This document shows positions 1 to 12,700 of a stretch of 64,000 nucleotides of DNA, one piece after another. A program made the translations under genes and the position numbers. The stretch spans positions 27,468,001-27,532,000 of the forward strand of contig NC_058369.1 in NCBI RefSeq assembly GCF_018350175.1, read 5' to 3'. The first letter of the stretch is position 1, and every line of letters begins with the position of its first letter. Source of the DNA: Felis catus (lineage: Eukaryota). Below the pieces are notes generated by a model, which worked only from the letters and a program-made list of their open reading frames with translations, ran no database searches and was not told the origin of the DNA.

Positions 1-2069
1 GTTTTTGCCCATGAAGTTAAATAAAATGACCTGTTTTGCATCCATACCAGGGATGCCACAGAAGTGGTTTTAAGGCAAAGTTATCACACACACCAGCAAA
101 ACAAAGCCTTGAGACACCAACATAAAATTCCTCTGTAACAAGTTTCTTCTTTTAAAAGTACTTCTTAGTTCCTAGCAGACTAGAGACATAGGCATAGAAA
201 GTCATTCCGCTCACACCAAAAACAAGAGGAGCAATTTTCTATGGGCAGGCACCTCTGACCTCTGCTTTTCAGCTTTTTTTAATAAACTGGTCTCAGAAAT
301 TGGACGACAAAAGCTGCTGGTGGCAATCTCTTAGAGTAAGTGGGTAAAGGTGAAGCTGGGTGGGGGGGCAGGGAATGGCAAGAACAGAAAGCCACTTTGA
401 TTAGTTAACTCTCAGGCAATGCAGTTATTCCTCCATCTCGAGATAGAAGGGGTTACCCCCAAGCACAGTGGCCAGAAACCCAGCGGTGTGAGAGGATAGA
501 CTCCTGAGCAGGGTGACCTCACACCAAGTTTCCTAACTCAAAACCATCCCTCTGTGGTGTGCCACATAGGCTGATTAATAACAACTTTCTGCAATGAGAA
601 GGTGTGACTTGACTTCCCCTTAAACGGGGGCCATCCCCCAGGCCTGTGTTCGTAAGTCCTTGAGGGTACAGAGAGCAGCTCCAGGCAGCGTGTGGCCAGC
701 CCCACACAGGAGGGGAGATGCGGTTCACTGGCTGTCCTTTATAGAGTGGCCATAGACTCGGCATTGTCACTTTTCTCTTTGAAGGGATAAATCAAACACT
801 AAGAACCACAAACACACAAGAAAGACACTGGCCAAGCTTGTAGCTGTGAGTGATTTACGGAGACCCCGCAGGGCTCAGCACTTCCTTTATCCCACTGCCT
901 CCTGGCAAGTGGAGCTGGGAAGGCTTTGAGGCTTGATGGTCGGAGTGAGGGGGCAGAACACAGTAAACCTGCTGCTGGAAAATTCATGGTACTATTTGAG
1001 CATTTTCCTGTTGTCCCACTTGAAACCAGTGAGGCCTCTGTCTTGTACGTTTGTCCCTTTTCCATACCCTCCCCTGCATCTGTACCGAGAAGAGTCTCCT
1101 TAAAAGGCTTTCTCATTCTGAGGGAGCTTATGAAGAACAGGCTTTATTTGTCTCTAAATCTTCAGCTGATATTACTTTTCCCAGAGACTCAGTTGAAATG
1201 AAAAAGGATTACTTTATATTTACTTGCGTCTTTCATGAGAGAAACTAATTTTGAGGAAGAAAGTCCCTACAATGTGAAATACTTTCCCTTCTTTCAAACT
1301 CTCCACAGGGGCAAAAGGAAAGCTAAAAGGTACACATGCTTTGTCATTTACTTTGTCTGACAGCTTCTTCTTATCATGCTTTGGAGGGTGACCTTCCTAC
1401 AGCATATTCCTTCGCTCTATTCCTGCTCTCCTGTTATAATAGAATTTTAGAGCCAAGTATGGAGCAGGCTACCTTTGATAATTAATGGCTCTGAGAGTTT
1501 GCTGAGTGTGTTATTTAATTAATGGCACTTGTGTCTGGAGTGTGTACAACTCTGTGGTTGAATAAAAGGTGTATTTGCTGAGGGATTATAGACAAATACT
1601 CCAGGATCATCACATAGAGAATTTGTCAGGGTTCAGCACATTTAGCAACCTAATGGGGTTATTATATTTTTTTGTTCTCTGCTCTTTAAAAGGTACTGAT
1701 GTTGATATAACTCTGTTACTTGTGCATTGTGTTTGAGTTTAGATTACAATCCTCCCAAACTCCTTAGGCTAATGGATAAAAATCTATTACGTGGAATGGG
1801 TCCTTTCATAAAAAAAAAAGAAAAGAAAAGGAAAGAAATCTTTAATGCTGTATTTTGAGAATGAAAGTGATGGTTAAATAAGTTATAGTGTGCTTCACCT
1901 ATCCACAACTGCAAGGAGACTAACTTGAATTATATTCAAGTTCTACGTGGGACCAAAAACTGAAAAGTTGAAAACTAGCAAGAAAACACAGAGAACATTT
2001 CCATGCAAAGATGTCAGCATTTCATACAGGGAAATCTCTACGGATCTATCTCTACTGTATTCAGATACA

Positions 2070-2264
2070 GGGGCACCTGGGTGGCTCAGTGGGTTAAGCA
2101 TCCAGCTTTGGCTCAGGTCATGATCTTGCGGTTTGTGGATTTGAGCCCCGCATTGGGCTTGGAGCTGACAACTGGGAACCTGGAGTCTGCTTCAGATTCT
2201 GTGTCTCCCTCTCTCTCTCTGTTCCTTCCCAGCTTGTGCTCTCTTTCTCTCTCAAAAATAAACA
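2070..2264 (+). mobile_element. Can-SINE (feline SINEC_Fc-type, tRNA-derived)
   Basis: GGGGCACCTGGGTGGCTCAGT head, GGCTCAGGTCATGATCT, (CT)n tract, AAAAATAAA tail. Confidence 0.95.
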
Positions 2265-2889
2265 TCTATGTGTATACAGACAGAGGCTTTAAATAATAAG
2301 GGTCCAGTTTTAAGTTTGTATTGTCACTCTGTGTGCCTAGACAAGTTATATCTCCTCTCTGGAAACACTGTTCCTTCCTTTGTAAAACAGTAGATTTGAC
2401 TCCCTTCTAGCCCAAAGATGCACAGAGTCTCTGGTTTTTTCAGTAGGAACATGAAAGCTGACTGTCCCACTGGTAGAAGAGATAGCTAATTGCTCACTTT
2501 TAGGACTTGAGAATTTTTTTTTCTTCAGCAAAGGGATTCCTTGCCGGGCATATAAATGTGCCTGGCAAGAGGATAAGAACACTCACCCAATCTCCAAAGC
2601 CCAGTCAGGTGGTCTAGGGAACAAGATTCAAGCCAGGAGCCTGCCTTCTTCCCCACTCCATCCTACCAGAGGCCTCCCCTATCATGGCAGACAGTGGAAA
2701 CAGAGGCACCTGCACAACAGGTTCAATTGGAGTGAGGAAAGAGGCCCTGAAGGCTGTGCTCAGCAGCTTCTCCCCCTCCCCCCTCCCCAGGGTGGAAAGG
2801 GAAAGCCATCTGTCCTGAGCACCTATCAGTCAGCTATTGTGATAAGGGGTGTCCGGTCTTATGTATAGAAACCAAATTTAGTCTTCACC

Positions 2890-3003
2890 TCAGCCCCATG
2901 AGGTAGGTATCATAACCCTAGTTTTTCAGCTGGGAAAGTGTCACATAGTAAGTACAAGATTGGGACCAGATGTGCTTACTTCCAGAGCTCAACCTCTTCA
3001 CAA
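2890..3003 (-). mobile_element. MIR fragment
   Basis: Antisense MIR core-like text: cccatgaggtaggtatc...tcacatagtaagt...ttccagagctc. Confidence 0.55.
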
Positions 3004-3216
3004 CTGCAGGGGCCAATATGGTAGCCACTAGCCACATATGGCTAATGGGCATCAAAAAATGTGACTTGAGATGTGCAGAAAATACAAAATATCTCCTAGG
3101 TTTCAAAGACTTACTCTAAAAAAGGAATGTAAAATAGCTCAATCATTTTTTTATATTATGAAAATATTACAATGATAATATTTGGATATACTGGGTTAAA
3201 TATAACATAGTATTAA
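3004..3216 (-). mobile_element. MER33-like hAT-Charlie MITE, truncated at a SINE
   Basis: ccaatatggtagccactagccacatatggcta...gaatgtaaaata...tttggatatactgggttaaat matches recalled MER33 consensus. Confidence 0.8.
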
Positions 3217-3270
3217 TTTTTTTTAAGTTTATTGAGAGAGAGAGTGCAAGCACATGAGCAGGGGAGGTGC

Positions 3271-3320
<50 letters not shown>

Positions 3321-3413
3321 AATATCAATCCCAAGCAGGCTCTGTGCTATCTGCGTAGATCCCAACATGGGGCTAGAACTCAGGAACTGAGATCATGACC
3401 TGAACAGAAATCA
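3217..3413 (-). mobile_element. Can-SINE lacking its 5' head
   Basis: Poly-T, long (GA)n, cccaagcaggctc, gagatcatgacctga; stops at gaaatcaa without the expected gagccacccaggcgcccc. Confidence 0.9.
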
Positions 3414-5499
3414 AAGGATTAAAGGATTGTAATCTCAACTCATTTCATATTTCAATGTATTCATTCTTGGGTGAGTTTGCGGGTGTTGATAGGTATTTTA
3501 AGAGTCATAGTCAACAGAAGTTATATTTTTAACTGCAATATCACAAAAGCTTACCCAGAATGAGGGGAAGGTGTTAGGTTTGACTGAAAATACTTTCCTT
3601 TAAAATTTATGCACTACATTGCATTTCCATCAAGTCTCATTCTTTTAAAGGATTAAAGAAATTAAAATTAACCACACACAAGATCTTCCACCTGAAAAGA
3701 AAAAATTGCCTGGAGAGATAACAGATCCTTGAGAAGAGAGTAATAAAGCAGGACTTTGATAGGGGTGTCAGAGATAAATGCTGATTTTGCTATGGTAGGC
3801 ATATTCCTTGTTCCAAGTTGATAACTCTGGAATCTGTGGAGCCACCAGAGAGATTGGATAAGAGAGTGGGGTAGCGATATAAGAGCAGCCTAGAGCTCAA
3901 CAGTGCCAAGATTGGCTTCTGTCTGTGAGAAAGCTGCCTTTTTCTATAGCTCTAACTCTAGCTAATCATTTCTAATTAAAAAATGATTCAAGCAATATCA
4001 TGGGCTTTCACTTCTTCAAAGCAATACCACACTGTCAGTTTGCAGCTTAAAGTGCCAACAGTTCTAAACTTTTTGTGGGCCTCATTGGAACAAGATGTAG
4101 AGCTTTAGCAGAGGGAAAATTGCTAAGAACATCTAATTACATTCAAAGCCATTTTTACCTGTCTTAAAGGAATGGAAATGATCTGCCGGTTTTTATAGAC
4201 GTTCTTGACCTAAAGATATCTGCTGGCAGAAAGAGAATCCTCAATTGGGTTCTTTTAATGCTTTAATTATTACATGATCTATCATTTTACGCACTGACTC
4301 ACACACTTTGAAAAATCTCTTAAATACGCATTAAAATTGATTGGCTAATCCTAGACCATGGGGTGGCTCTTTGGAGGGCATGTAATTGTGTGTGGGCATG
4401 GGGGTTAGGCACAAGTGACACAGAGTCAACTACTTTATGGTGGGATAAGGTAGAGAAATCAATTTGGTCACAGGTACTGTTGACATTGTGCTGCTGACTT
4501 GCACAGAACTCAGTTACATGCTTGCATGTTCTTGAATCAGTCTTACTGCTTTGGAGTCACCATCATTTCATCAAGGGTAGGGATATACTTCACCTTCTAT
4601 GCCTCAGTGTTTGGCTCAAAATGGGATCTCAATAAACAGTTGGTGATTGAGTCCTAGAACCTCGAGGTTAAGAGGGTCCTCTAGGAAGCCGTCTGTGCTC
4701 CTATTGAGCCAGGGCTCTTGATGGCAAGTAAGGAAACCCCAGTTCCAATAAGCTTCTGGGGAAAAGTGACATAATTACTGACCTTTTAACTGTGAAGGGT
4801 AGGGGCTTCTCCTGCATTACAGTTCTCCAAATGGTGATCAGGATGACTGCCAGTAATCTCAAATATGCATCACCCCTTCAAGGGCTTCTCTATGTAGAGA
4901 CACCAAAGGGTAGAGAATAACTCTACTAAGCTGAGTGGGGTAACATGCCCAGACTGTGGCCAGTGGATGAGATTGGCAGTTCCAAATTCCAATGTCTGCC
5001 ACACCCCATCCTATTTTCTGCTTGAATCTCTCAACAAGCTTTTCAGTGTTTTGAAATCCAAGAGTTAATTTCAGACTCTTGGTGAAAATCCTATCTTGAG
5101 AGGAAACCCTAACTGAAAGGTCTTGAATGGAGCCATTGGGAATCCTCATTGATCCCAGGAATGGAACATCTAATACATTATGGTCCAAGGTTGATTAGCT
5201 TTGATTCACTCCTGCTCACCAAATGCAATTTTGGCTTTTAGGAAAATACTCAGTCTGTAACTATGGCTGCATAGAGAGACGTGACAGTACTCTTTAGCAG
5301 AGTTGTGACAAGTGGATAAAATGACCCCTAGCACAGAAATCATCAAATTCTGGCTCCTTTCTTGAAGTTAGTGAAGAAGCAAGAGTAAGTGGTGTCTTAA
5401 GCCTCAGCTTCATTGTATAATTTTTATTGTTAGTTAGCTAGGGTGTAAGTGGGGGAGGGAAGGATGTTTCTAAACAGAGATCCACCAATTTTACTGTGA

Positions 5500-5735
5500 A
5501 AGTAAGTGTGGGCTCCAGAGTCAGACTGCCTGCACTTGAGCCCTGGCTCTCTGTGTATAACCTAAGAGTCCTTGGGCAAGATCCATAGTGGCCATAAGCC
5601 TCCATTTCCACATCTGAAAATCAGGACAATGTCCACGGTTGCTGTGGGATTGAACTGAAATAAACCCTGTAAAGTGCTTGGTATAACTTGTCCATAATAA
5701 GTGTTCCATGAGTGGTATTGTTAAGAATCATTAAT
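5500..5735 (+). mobile_element. MIR
   Basis: ggctccagagtcagactgcctg...ccttgggcaag...catctgaaaat...tgtaaagtgctt, colinear with MIR consensus. Confidence 0.8.
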
Positions 5736-5989
5736 AATAACATGTCTTCTCTCTGATGATCTCCATTACTTAGTTCCTGAAATCATGATCTTGTTGGCCA
5801 GTGTGGCCTCTTAAATTCAGGGAGATGGCCAAGAGGAGGAGAATAGACTCTCTGATGTAGGAGCAGAGTGTCTGTAAGGATTACATGCAACAATTATTCT
5901 TTTTTGTTTAAGTCTATTATGGAATAATTGGATATCCAGCCAGCAATTAGACTGTACGTTAAAGTCAATCTCTTCCTTCCTTTCGTCTT

Positions 5990-7475
5990 TAAAATTTTTT
6001 ATTTGATTTATTTTTAGTCCTTCTTAGGGTGAAATATAACATATACAGAAAAATGCAAAAGGTATATATAAATGTGCTATACATACATACACACACACAC
6101 ACACACGTATATATACACACACAGCTTATAGAATTAATACAAAACAAACATGGCTTGCCACCGGCAATGGCAAGGACTAGAACATTGCCTCCACCCTCCC
6201 ACAAGCCACCCCCCATTTCCGTTCCCAATAACCACCCCTTTCCTGCCTTCCCCATAAGGTAAACCACTGGACTGATTTTATGGTGATTGCTTCCCTGCTT
6301 TCCCTTATAATTTCATCCTCTGAATAACTGTATCTGTAAACACTATAATTTACTTTTGCCTGTTTTTGAACTTTACGTGAATGTGCACACATGTATGTGT
6401 TCTTTTGTGTTTCTGTTGCTCCACATTCTTGCAAACACTTGATATCATTCTTGCACACTGTTGACTATTGTGGGTGTATAGTGATAGTTCATTGTGTTTT
6501 AAGTTTACACTTTCCTGATGGCTAAAGATTATTGGCCATTTTGATACCTTTCCAAAGTGCCTGTTTTAATCTTTTTGTATTTTCTATTGGGATGTTGACT
6601 TTTTCTTAATGATTTGTAAAGTTTCTTTTTTCTTCTTTAAAAAAAATCTCCTGGGTGCTCGTCCTTTGTTGGTTACATATGTGGCAAATACCTTCCCCTA
6701 TTCTGTGTCTTGCCTTTTCTCTCTCTCAATGGTGTCTTCTGATAAACAGAATTTACTTTAAGGTAGTCCAACTTATCAATCTTGTTTTTATGATAATGCT
6801 TTTTGTGTCCTATTTAAAAAGTCTCTCTCTATAGCAGGATCATGAAGATAGTCTCCTATATTATCCTCTAAATGCTTTATTGTTTTATACTTCCCATTTT
6901 GAAGTATAACCCACCTGGAATTGACTTTTGCAGAAGGTGTGAGGTAGGGTATAGTTTCATTGGTTTTCTAAATGGATATCCACTTTGCCCAGAGTCTTTT
7001 ATTGGAAAGATTTTCTTTTCCACACAGCTCTGTGACTTCATTTTAAACATAAATCAAGTGTTCATATATGCCTGGATCTGGGCTTTGTATTTTGCTCCAT
7101 CTGTCTACTTATCCTTGCATTGAGACCTTGCTCTTTTACTTTTGTAGCCTTGTAATAAGTTGATATCCTGTAGAGTAAGCCCTTCTATGCATCTAAGTTG
7201 TTTTTTAATAGTCTCTGGCTACATTTCCACAAGCATAATTAACTTGTAAATTTTCGCCACCACCACCACCACTACCACCAAAAATAGCCTATGGTCATTT
7301 TGGTCTGAGTTACGTTGAATTTACAGGTCAGTTTGAATTGAATCTTTATGAAATTGAGTCATTCATCTCTCCATTTATTTAATTATTTTTTTAAATGCCT
7401 CTTACTAATACTTTCTAGTTTTTTGTCTAGAAGCTTCCATATCTTTATTCCTAGGCATTTGATTTCTGATATTAA
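5990..7475 (-). mobile_element. Ancient L1M (L1MC/ME-like) 3' end and distal ORF2
   Basis: T-rich antisense L1 text: gtgaaatataacatatacagaaaa, ttttgaactttac, gtggcaaataccttcccc, aggtgtgaggtaggg; resumes at 7961 and 14011. Confidence 0.75.
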
Positions 7476-7477
7476 TA

Positions 7478-7958
7478 CAAGTATCCCCTGCTTTTTGAAA
7501 ATTCTCTTTCCACCACTTCACTTTGACAAAAGACCTACATTAGTACCTGTTTTTGCTAAAAGAAATATGAATTGGATTTTTGCTTTTATGAAAAAGGAAA
7601 AAAAGCAAAAATTGTGTTCAGCCTGTGTTTTGCAATGAATACCCCAAGCAGGGAGAGCAGCCCACCAAGCTCCTTCTCAGAGAACTACACTCAGCATCTC
7701 AGCATCAAGCCACCATGGCCTTGACCTGTGTCTGTGAGCATCTGTGCTTTATCTCCATTTATTTTGTGCATCCATTAGCAAAATGTGTCCTGAAGTGATG
7801 TGTCTAAAAAAGCCTAAGAGAGTTTATTTTTGGGTCCGGGAATGCTCACAAAATTTTCCATATAATAAGTTAATGGTAATTGCTTCTTTGCTTTACACCA
7901 TTTCAGCTTACAAAAGGTTTCAAAGGAACACTCTACTTAGAGATAGTGGGGAAACCTG
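7478..7958. mobile_element. TcMar/Tigger-like MITE
   Basis: TA on both sides (7476-77, 7959-60); imperfect terminal inverted repeats CAAGTATCCCC...GGGGAAACCTG; interrupts the L1M. Confidence 0.7.
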
Positions 7959-8003
7959 TATAAGCTAACTTCAAATTTTTTTTTCATTTTCTAACTGTGT
8001 GGC

Positions 8004-8354
8004 TGTTATGGACTGAATGTTTGTGTCCCTCCAAAATTCATACATTGAAGCCCTAAACTTCAATGTGATAGTAATAGGCGGTAGGGCCTTTGGAAGGTAA
8101 TCAGGTTTAGGTGAGGTCATGAGGATTGAGGGCCCCTATGACCTTATAAGAAGAGTAAGAGACTAAAACTTGTTCTCTCTCCTCCATGTGAGAACAAAGT
8201 GAGAAGACAGCCATCAACAAGACAGGAAGAGGGTTCTTCCCAGAACTCATCAGTGCTGGCACCCTGATCACACAGCTGCCAGAACTTGTGAGACATAAAT
8301 TTCTATTGGTTATGCCACCCAGTCTGTGGTATTTTAGTAGCTCATGCTAAGACA
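8004..8354 (+). mobile_element. MaLR solo LTR (MLT1A-like)
   Basis: TG...CA ends (tgttatggactgaatgtttgtgtccc...ctaagaca); perfect 5-bp TSD GTGGC at 7999-8003 and 8355-8359. Confidence 0.9.
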
Positions 8355-8364
8355 GTGGCTAACT

Positions 8365-8531
8365 TTAGTGTCTGACTTCTGATTTCAGCTCAGGTCATGA
8401 CATCACGGTTTGTGAGTTTGAGCCCCACTTTGGGCTCCACACTGACAATCTGTGGAGTCTTCTTGGGATTCTCTTTCTCTAACCCTCCCCTGTGTGCTCT
8501 CTCTCTCAAAATAAATTAAAAAACTTAAAAC
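8365..8531 (+). mobile_element. Can-SINE, 5'-truncated or decayed head
   Basis: gatttcagctcaggtcatga...tgagccccac...(CT)n caaaataaattaaaaaac; the L1 inserted at its tail. Confidence 0.85.
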
Positions 8532-8773
8532 AAAAGTTTAGAGAGAAGGGCCAACATGGCAGAGAAGTAGGGGGAAACCATATGTCCCATGTCTCTCAAA
8601 CAAAGAAGCCAAAGGACTTTAAACACCAGGGCCTGGGAGGAAAAGAGACTGAATCTACTAGGAAGAAAATGGGAAAGCTAGAAAAAAAGATAGAGCACTA
8701 ATATAGCAGTGCTCACAGGTGCAGAGCACACAACAAGCTTTTAAAACACATAAGGGACAGAAAAATAGACATA

Positions 8774-9665
8774 ATTATGAAATGAAAGAATTATCCTCAA
8801 AAAAACTCCAGGAAGTAGCGACACCTAACTAATTGATCAAAACCGATTTAAACAATATAACAGAAAAAGAATTTAGAATAATAGTCACAAAATTAATCGC
8901 TAGGCTTGAAAAAAGCATAGAGGACAGCAGAGAATCTATTGCTACAGAGATCAAGGGACTAAAAAATAGTCATGATGAATTTAAAAAATGCTATAAATGA
9001 GGTGCAAAATAAAATGGAAGTGGCCACAGCATGGATTGAAGAGGCAGAGGAGAGAATAGGTGAATTAGAAGATAAAATTATGGAAAAAGAGGAAGCTGAG
9101 AAAAAGAGAGATAAAAATATCCAGGAGTTTGAGGGGAGAATTAGAGATCTAAGTGGTGCAATCAAATGGAACAATATCCATATCATAGGAATTCCAGAAG
9201 AGGAAGAGAGAGAGAGAAAGGGGCTGAAGGTGCACTCGAACAAATCATAGCTGAGAACTTCCCTGATCTGGGGAAGGAAACAGGCATTGAAACCCAAGAG
9301 GCACAGAGAACTCCTTTCAGACATAACTTGAATCGATCTTTGGCACGACATATCATAGTGAAACTGGCAAAATACAAGGATAAAGAGAGAATTTTGAAAG
9401 TAGCTAGGGATAAGTGGGCCCTAACATACAAAGGTAGACACATAAAGGTAATAGCAGACCTATCTACTGAAACTTGGCAGGCCAGAAAGGAATGGCAGTA
9501 AATCTTCAATGTGATGAACAAAAAAAATATGCAGCCAAGAATCCTCTACCCAACAAGTCTATCATTCAGAATAGAAGGATAGATAAAGGTTTTCCCAAAC
9601 AAAAACTGAAGGAATTCATCACCACTAAACCAGCCCTAAAAGAGATCCTAAGGGGGATTCTGTGA
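8774..9665 (+). pseudogene. ORF1: LINE-1 ORF1p (RNA-binding/chaperone), disrupted
   Basis: Fragments LKNAINEVQNKME..IEEAEERIGELED, NIHIIGIPEEE, IIAENFPDLGKE, ADLSTETWQARKEW, KLKEFITTKPALKEILRGIL split across frames with stops. Confidence 0.92.
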
Positions 9666-9733
9666 GTGAAATGTTGCAAGGACCACAAAATACAAGAGAC
9701 ATCACTACAAGCATGAAGCCTACAGACATCACA

Positions 9734-12700
9734 ATGACTCTAAACCCATATCTTTCAATAATGACACTGAATGTTAATGGACTAAATGCTCCAACCAAAA
9801 GATATAGGGTATCAGAATGGATTAAAAAAAAAAAAAAACAAAAAACAAGACCCATCTATTTGCTGTCTACAAGAGACTCATTTTATCATTTTAGACCTGA
9901 CGACACCTTCAGATTGAAAGTGAGGGGATGGAGAACTATCTATCATGCTACTGGAAGTCAAAAGAAAGCTGGAGTAGCCATACTTATATCGGACAAACTA
10001 GACTTTAAATTAAAGGATGTAACAAGAGATGAAGAAGGGCATTATATAATAATTACAGGGTCTATCCATCAGGAAGAGCTAACAATTATAAATGTCTATG
10101 CATCGAATTCGGTAGCCACCAGGTATATAAAACAATCACAAATATAAGCAACAGTATTGATAAGAATGTGGTGATTGCAGGAGACTTTAATACTCCACTT
10201 ATAGCAATGGATAGAACATCTAGACAGAAAATAAAGAAACAAGGGCCCTGAATGATAAATTGGATCAGATGAACTTGACAAATAAATTTAGAACTCTGCA
10301 TCCCAAAGCAACAGAATATACTTTCTTCTTGAGTGCACATGGAACATTCTCCAAGATAGATCACATACTGGGTCACAAAACAGCTCTTCATAAGTATACA
10401 AGAATTGAGATTGTACCATGAACACTTTCAGACCACAATGCTATGTAACTTGAAATCAACTACAGGAAAAAGTCTGGAAAACCTCCAAAAGCATGGAGGT
10501 TAAAGAACCTACTAAAGAATGAGTGGGTCAACCAGGCAATTAGAGAAGAAATGTAAAAATATACAGAAACAAATGAAAATGAAAATACAACAATCCAAAC
10601 GCTTTGGGATGCAGCGAAGGCAGTCCTGAGAGGAAAATACATTGCAATCCAGGCCTATCTCAAGAAACAAGAAAAATCCCAAATACAAAATCTAACAGCA
10701 TACCTAAAGGAAATAGAAGCAGAACAGCAAAGACACCCCAAACCCAGCAGAAGAAAAGAAATAATAAAGATCAGAGCAGAAATAAACAATATAGAATCTA
10801 AAAAAACAGTAGAGCAGATCAATGAAACTAAGAGTTGGCTTTTTGAAAAAATAAACAAAATTGATAAACCTCTAGCCAGGCTTCTCAAAAAGGAAAGGCA
10901 GATGACCCAAATAGATAAAATCATGAATGAAAATGGAATTATTACAAACAATCTCTCAGAAATACAAGCAATTATCAGGGAATACTATGAAAAATTATAT
11001 GCCAATAAACTGGACAACCTGGAAGAAATGGACAAATTCCTAAGCACCCACACACTTCCAAAACTCAAACAGGAAGAGATAAAAAATTTGAGCAGACCCA
11101 TAACCAGCAAAGAAATTGAATCAGTTATCAAAAATCTCCCAACAAATAAGAGTCCAGGACCAGATGGCTTCCCTGGGGAATTCTACCAGACACTTAAAGC
11201 AGAGATAATACCTATCCTTCTCAAGCTATTACAAAAAATAGAAAGGGAAGGAAAACTTCCGAACTCATTCTATGAAGCCAGCATTACTCTGATTCCCAAA
11301 CCAGACAAAGACCCAGAAAAAAAGAGAACTACAGGCCAATATCCCTGATGAGTATGGATGTAAAAATTCTCAACAAGATACTAGCAAATCAGATTCAACA
11401 GCATATAAAAAGAATTATTCACCATGATCAAATGGGATTCATTCCTGGGCTGCAGGGCTGGTTCAATATTCACAAATCAATCAATGTGATACATCACATT
11501 AATAAAGGAAAAGATAAGAACCATATGATCCTGTCAATCGATACAGAAAAAGCATTTGACAAAATTCAACATCCTTTCTTAATAAAAACCCTCGAGAGAG
11601 TCGGGATAGAAGGAACATACCTAAACATCGTAAAAGCCATTTATGAAAAGCCCACAGCTAATATCATCCTTAATGGGGAAAAACTGAGAACTTTCCCCCT
11701 GAGATCAGGAACACGACAGGGATATCCACTCTCACCACAGTTATTTAACATAGTGTTGGAAGTTCTAGCATCAGACAACAAAAGGAAATAAAAGGCATCA
11801 CAATTGGTAAAGATGAAGTCAAGCTTTAACTTTTTGGAGATGACATGATACTATACATGGAAAACCCGATAGACTCCACCAAAAGTCTGCTAGAACTGAT
11901 GCATTAATTCAGCAAAGTCTCAGGATACAAAATAAATGTACAGAAATAAGTTGCATTCTTATACACTAACAATGAAGGAACAGAAAGACAAATAAAGAAA
12001 CTGATCACATTCACAACTGCACCAAGAATCATAAAATACCTAGGAATAAACCTAACCAAAGATGTAAAAGATCTGTATACTGAAAACTATAGAAAGCTTA
12101 TGAAGGAAATTGAAGAAGATACAAAGAAATGGAAAAACATTCCATGTTCATGGATTGGAAGAATATCAATGCAATACCAATCAAAATTGCACCAGCATTC
12201 TTCTCAAAGCTAGAACAAGCAATCCTAAAATTTGTATGGAACCACAAAAGACCCCGAATAGCTCAAGTAATATTAAAGAAGAAAACCAAAGTGGGAGGCA
12301 TCACAATCCCAGACTTTAGCCTCTACTACAAAGCTGTAATCAGCATGGTATTAGCACAAAAGCAGACACATAGACTAATGGAATAGAATAGAAACTCCAG
12401 ACTTGGACCCACAAAAGTATGGCCAACTAATCTTTGACCAAGCAGGAAAGAATATCCAATGGAAAAAAGACAGTCTCTTTAACAAATGGTGCTGGGAGAA
12501 CTGGACAGCAACATGCAGAAGAATGAAACTAGAGCACTTTCTCACACCATTCACAAAAATAAACTCAAAATGGATGAAGGACCTGAATGTGAGACAGGAA
12601 ACCATCAAAACCCCAGAGGAGAAAGCAGGAAAAAACCTCTCTGACCTCAGCCGCAGCAAATTCTTACTTGACACATCTCCAAAGGCAAGGGAATTAAAAG

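Noticed and set aside
730..750. TATA-like CTATAAAGG on the minus strand
   Set aside because: Isolated motif with no CpG island or downstream gene structure.
1285..1336. Possible 21-nt microexon (ctccacag|gggcaaaaggaaagctaaaag|gtacac)
   Set aside because: Weak donor and no other coding exons to link it to.
2070..2150. tRNA-like A/B boxes in SINE heads
   Set aside because: These are tRNA-derived Can-SINE heads with (CT)n and A tails, not tRNA genes.
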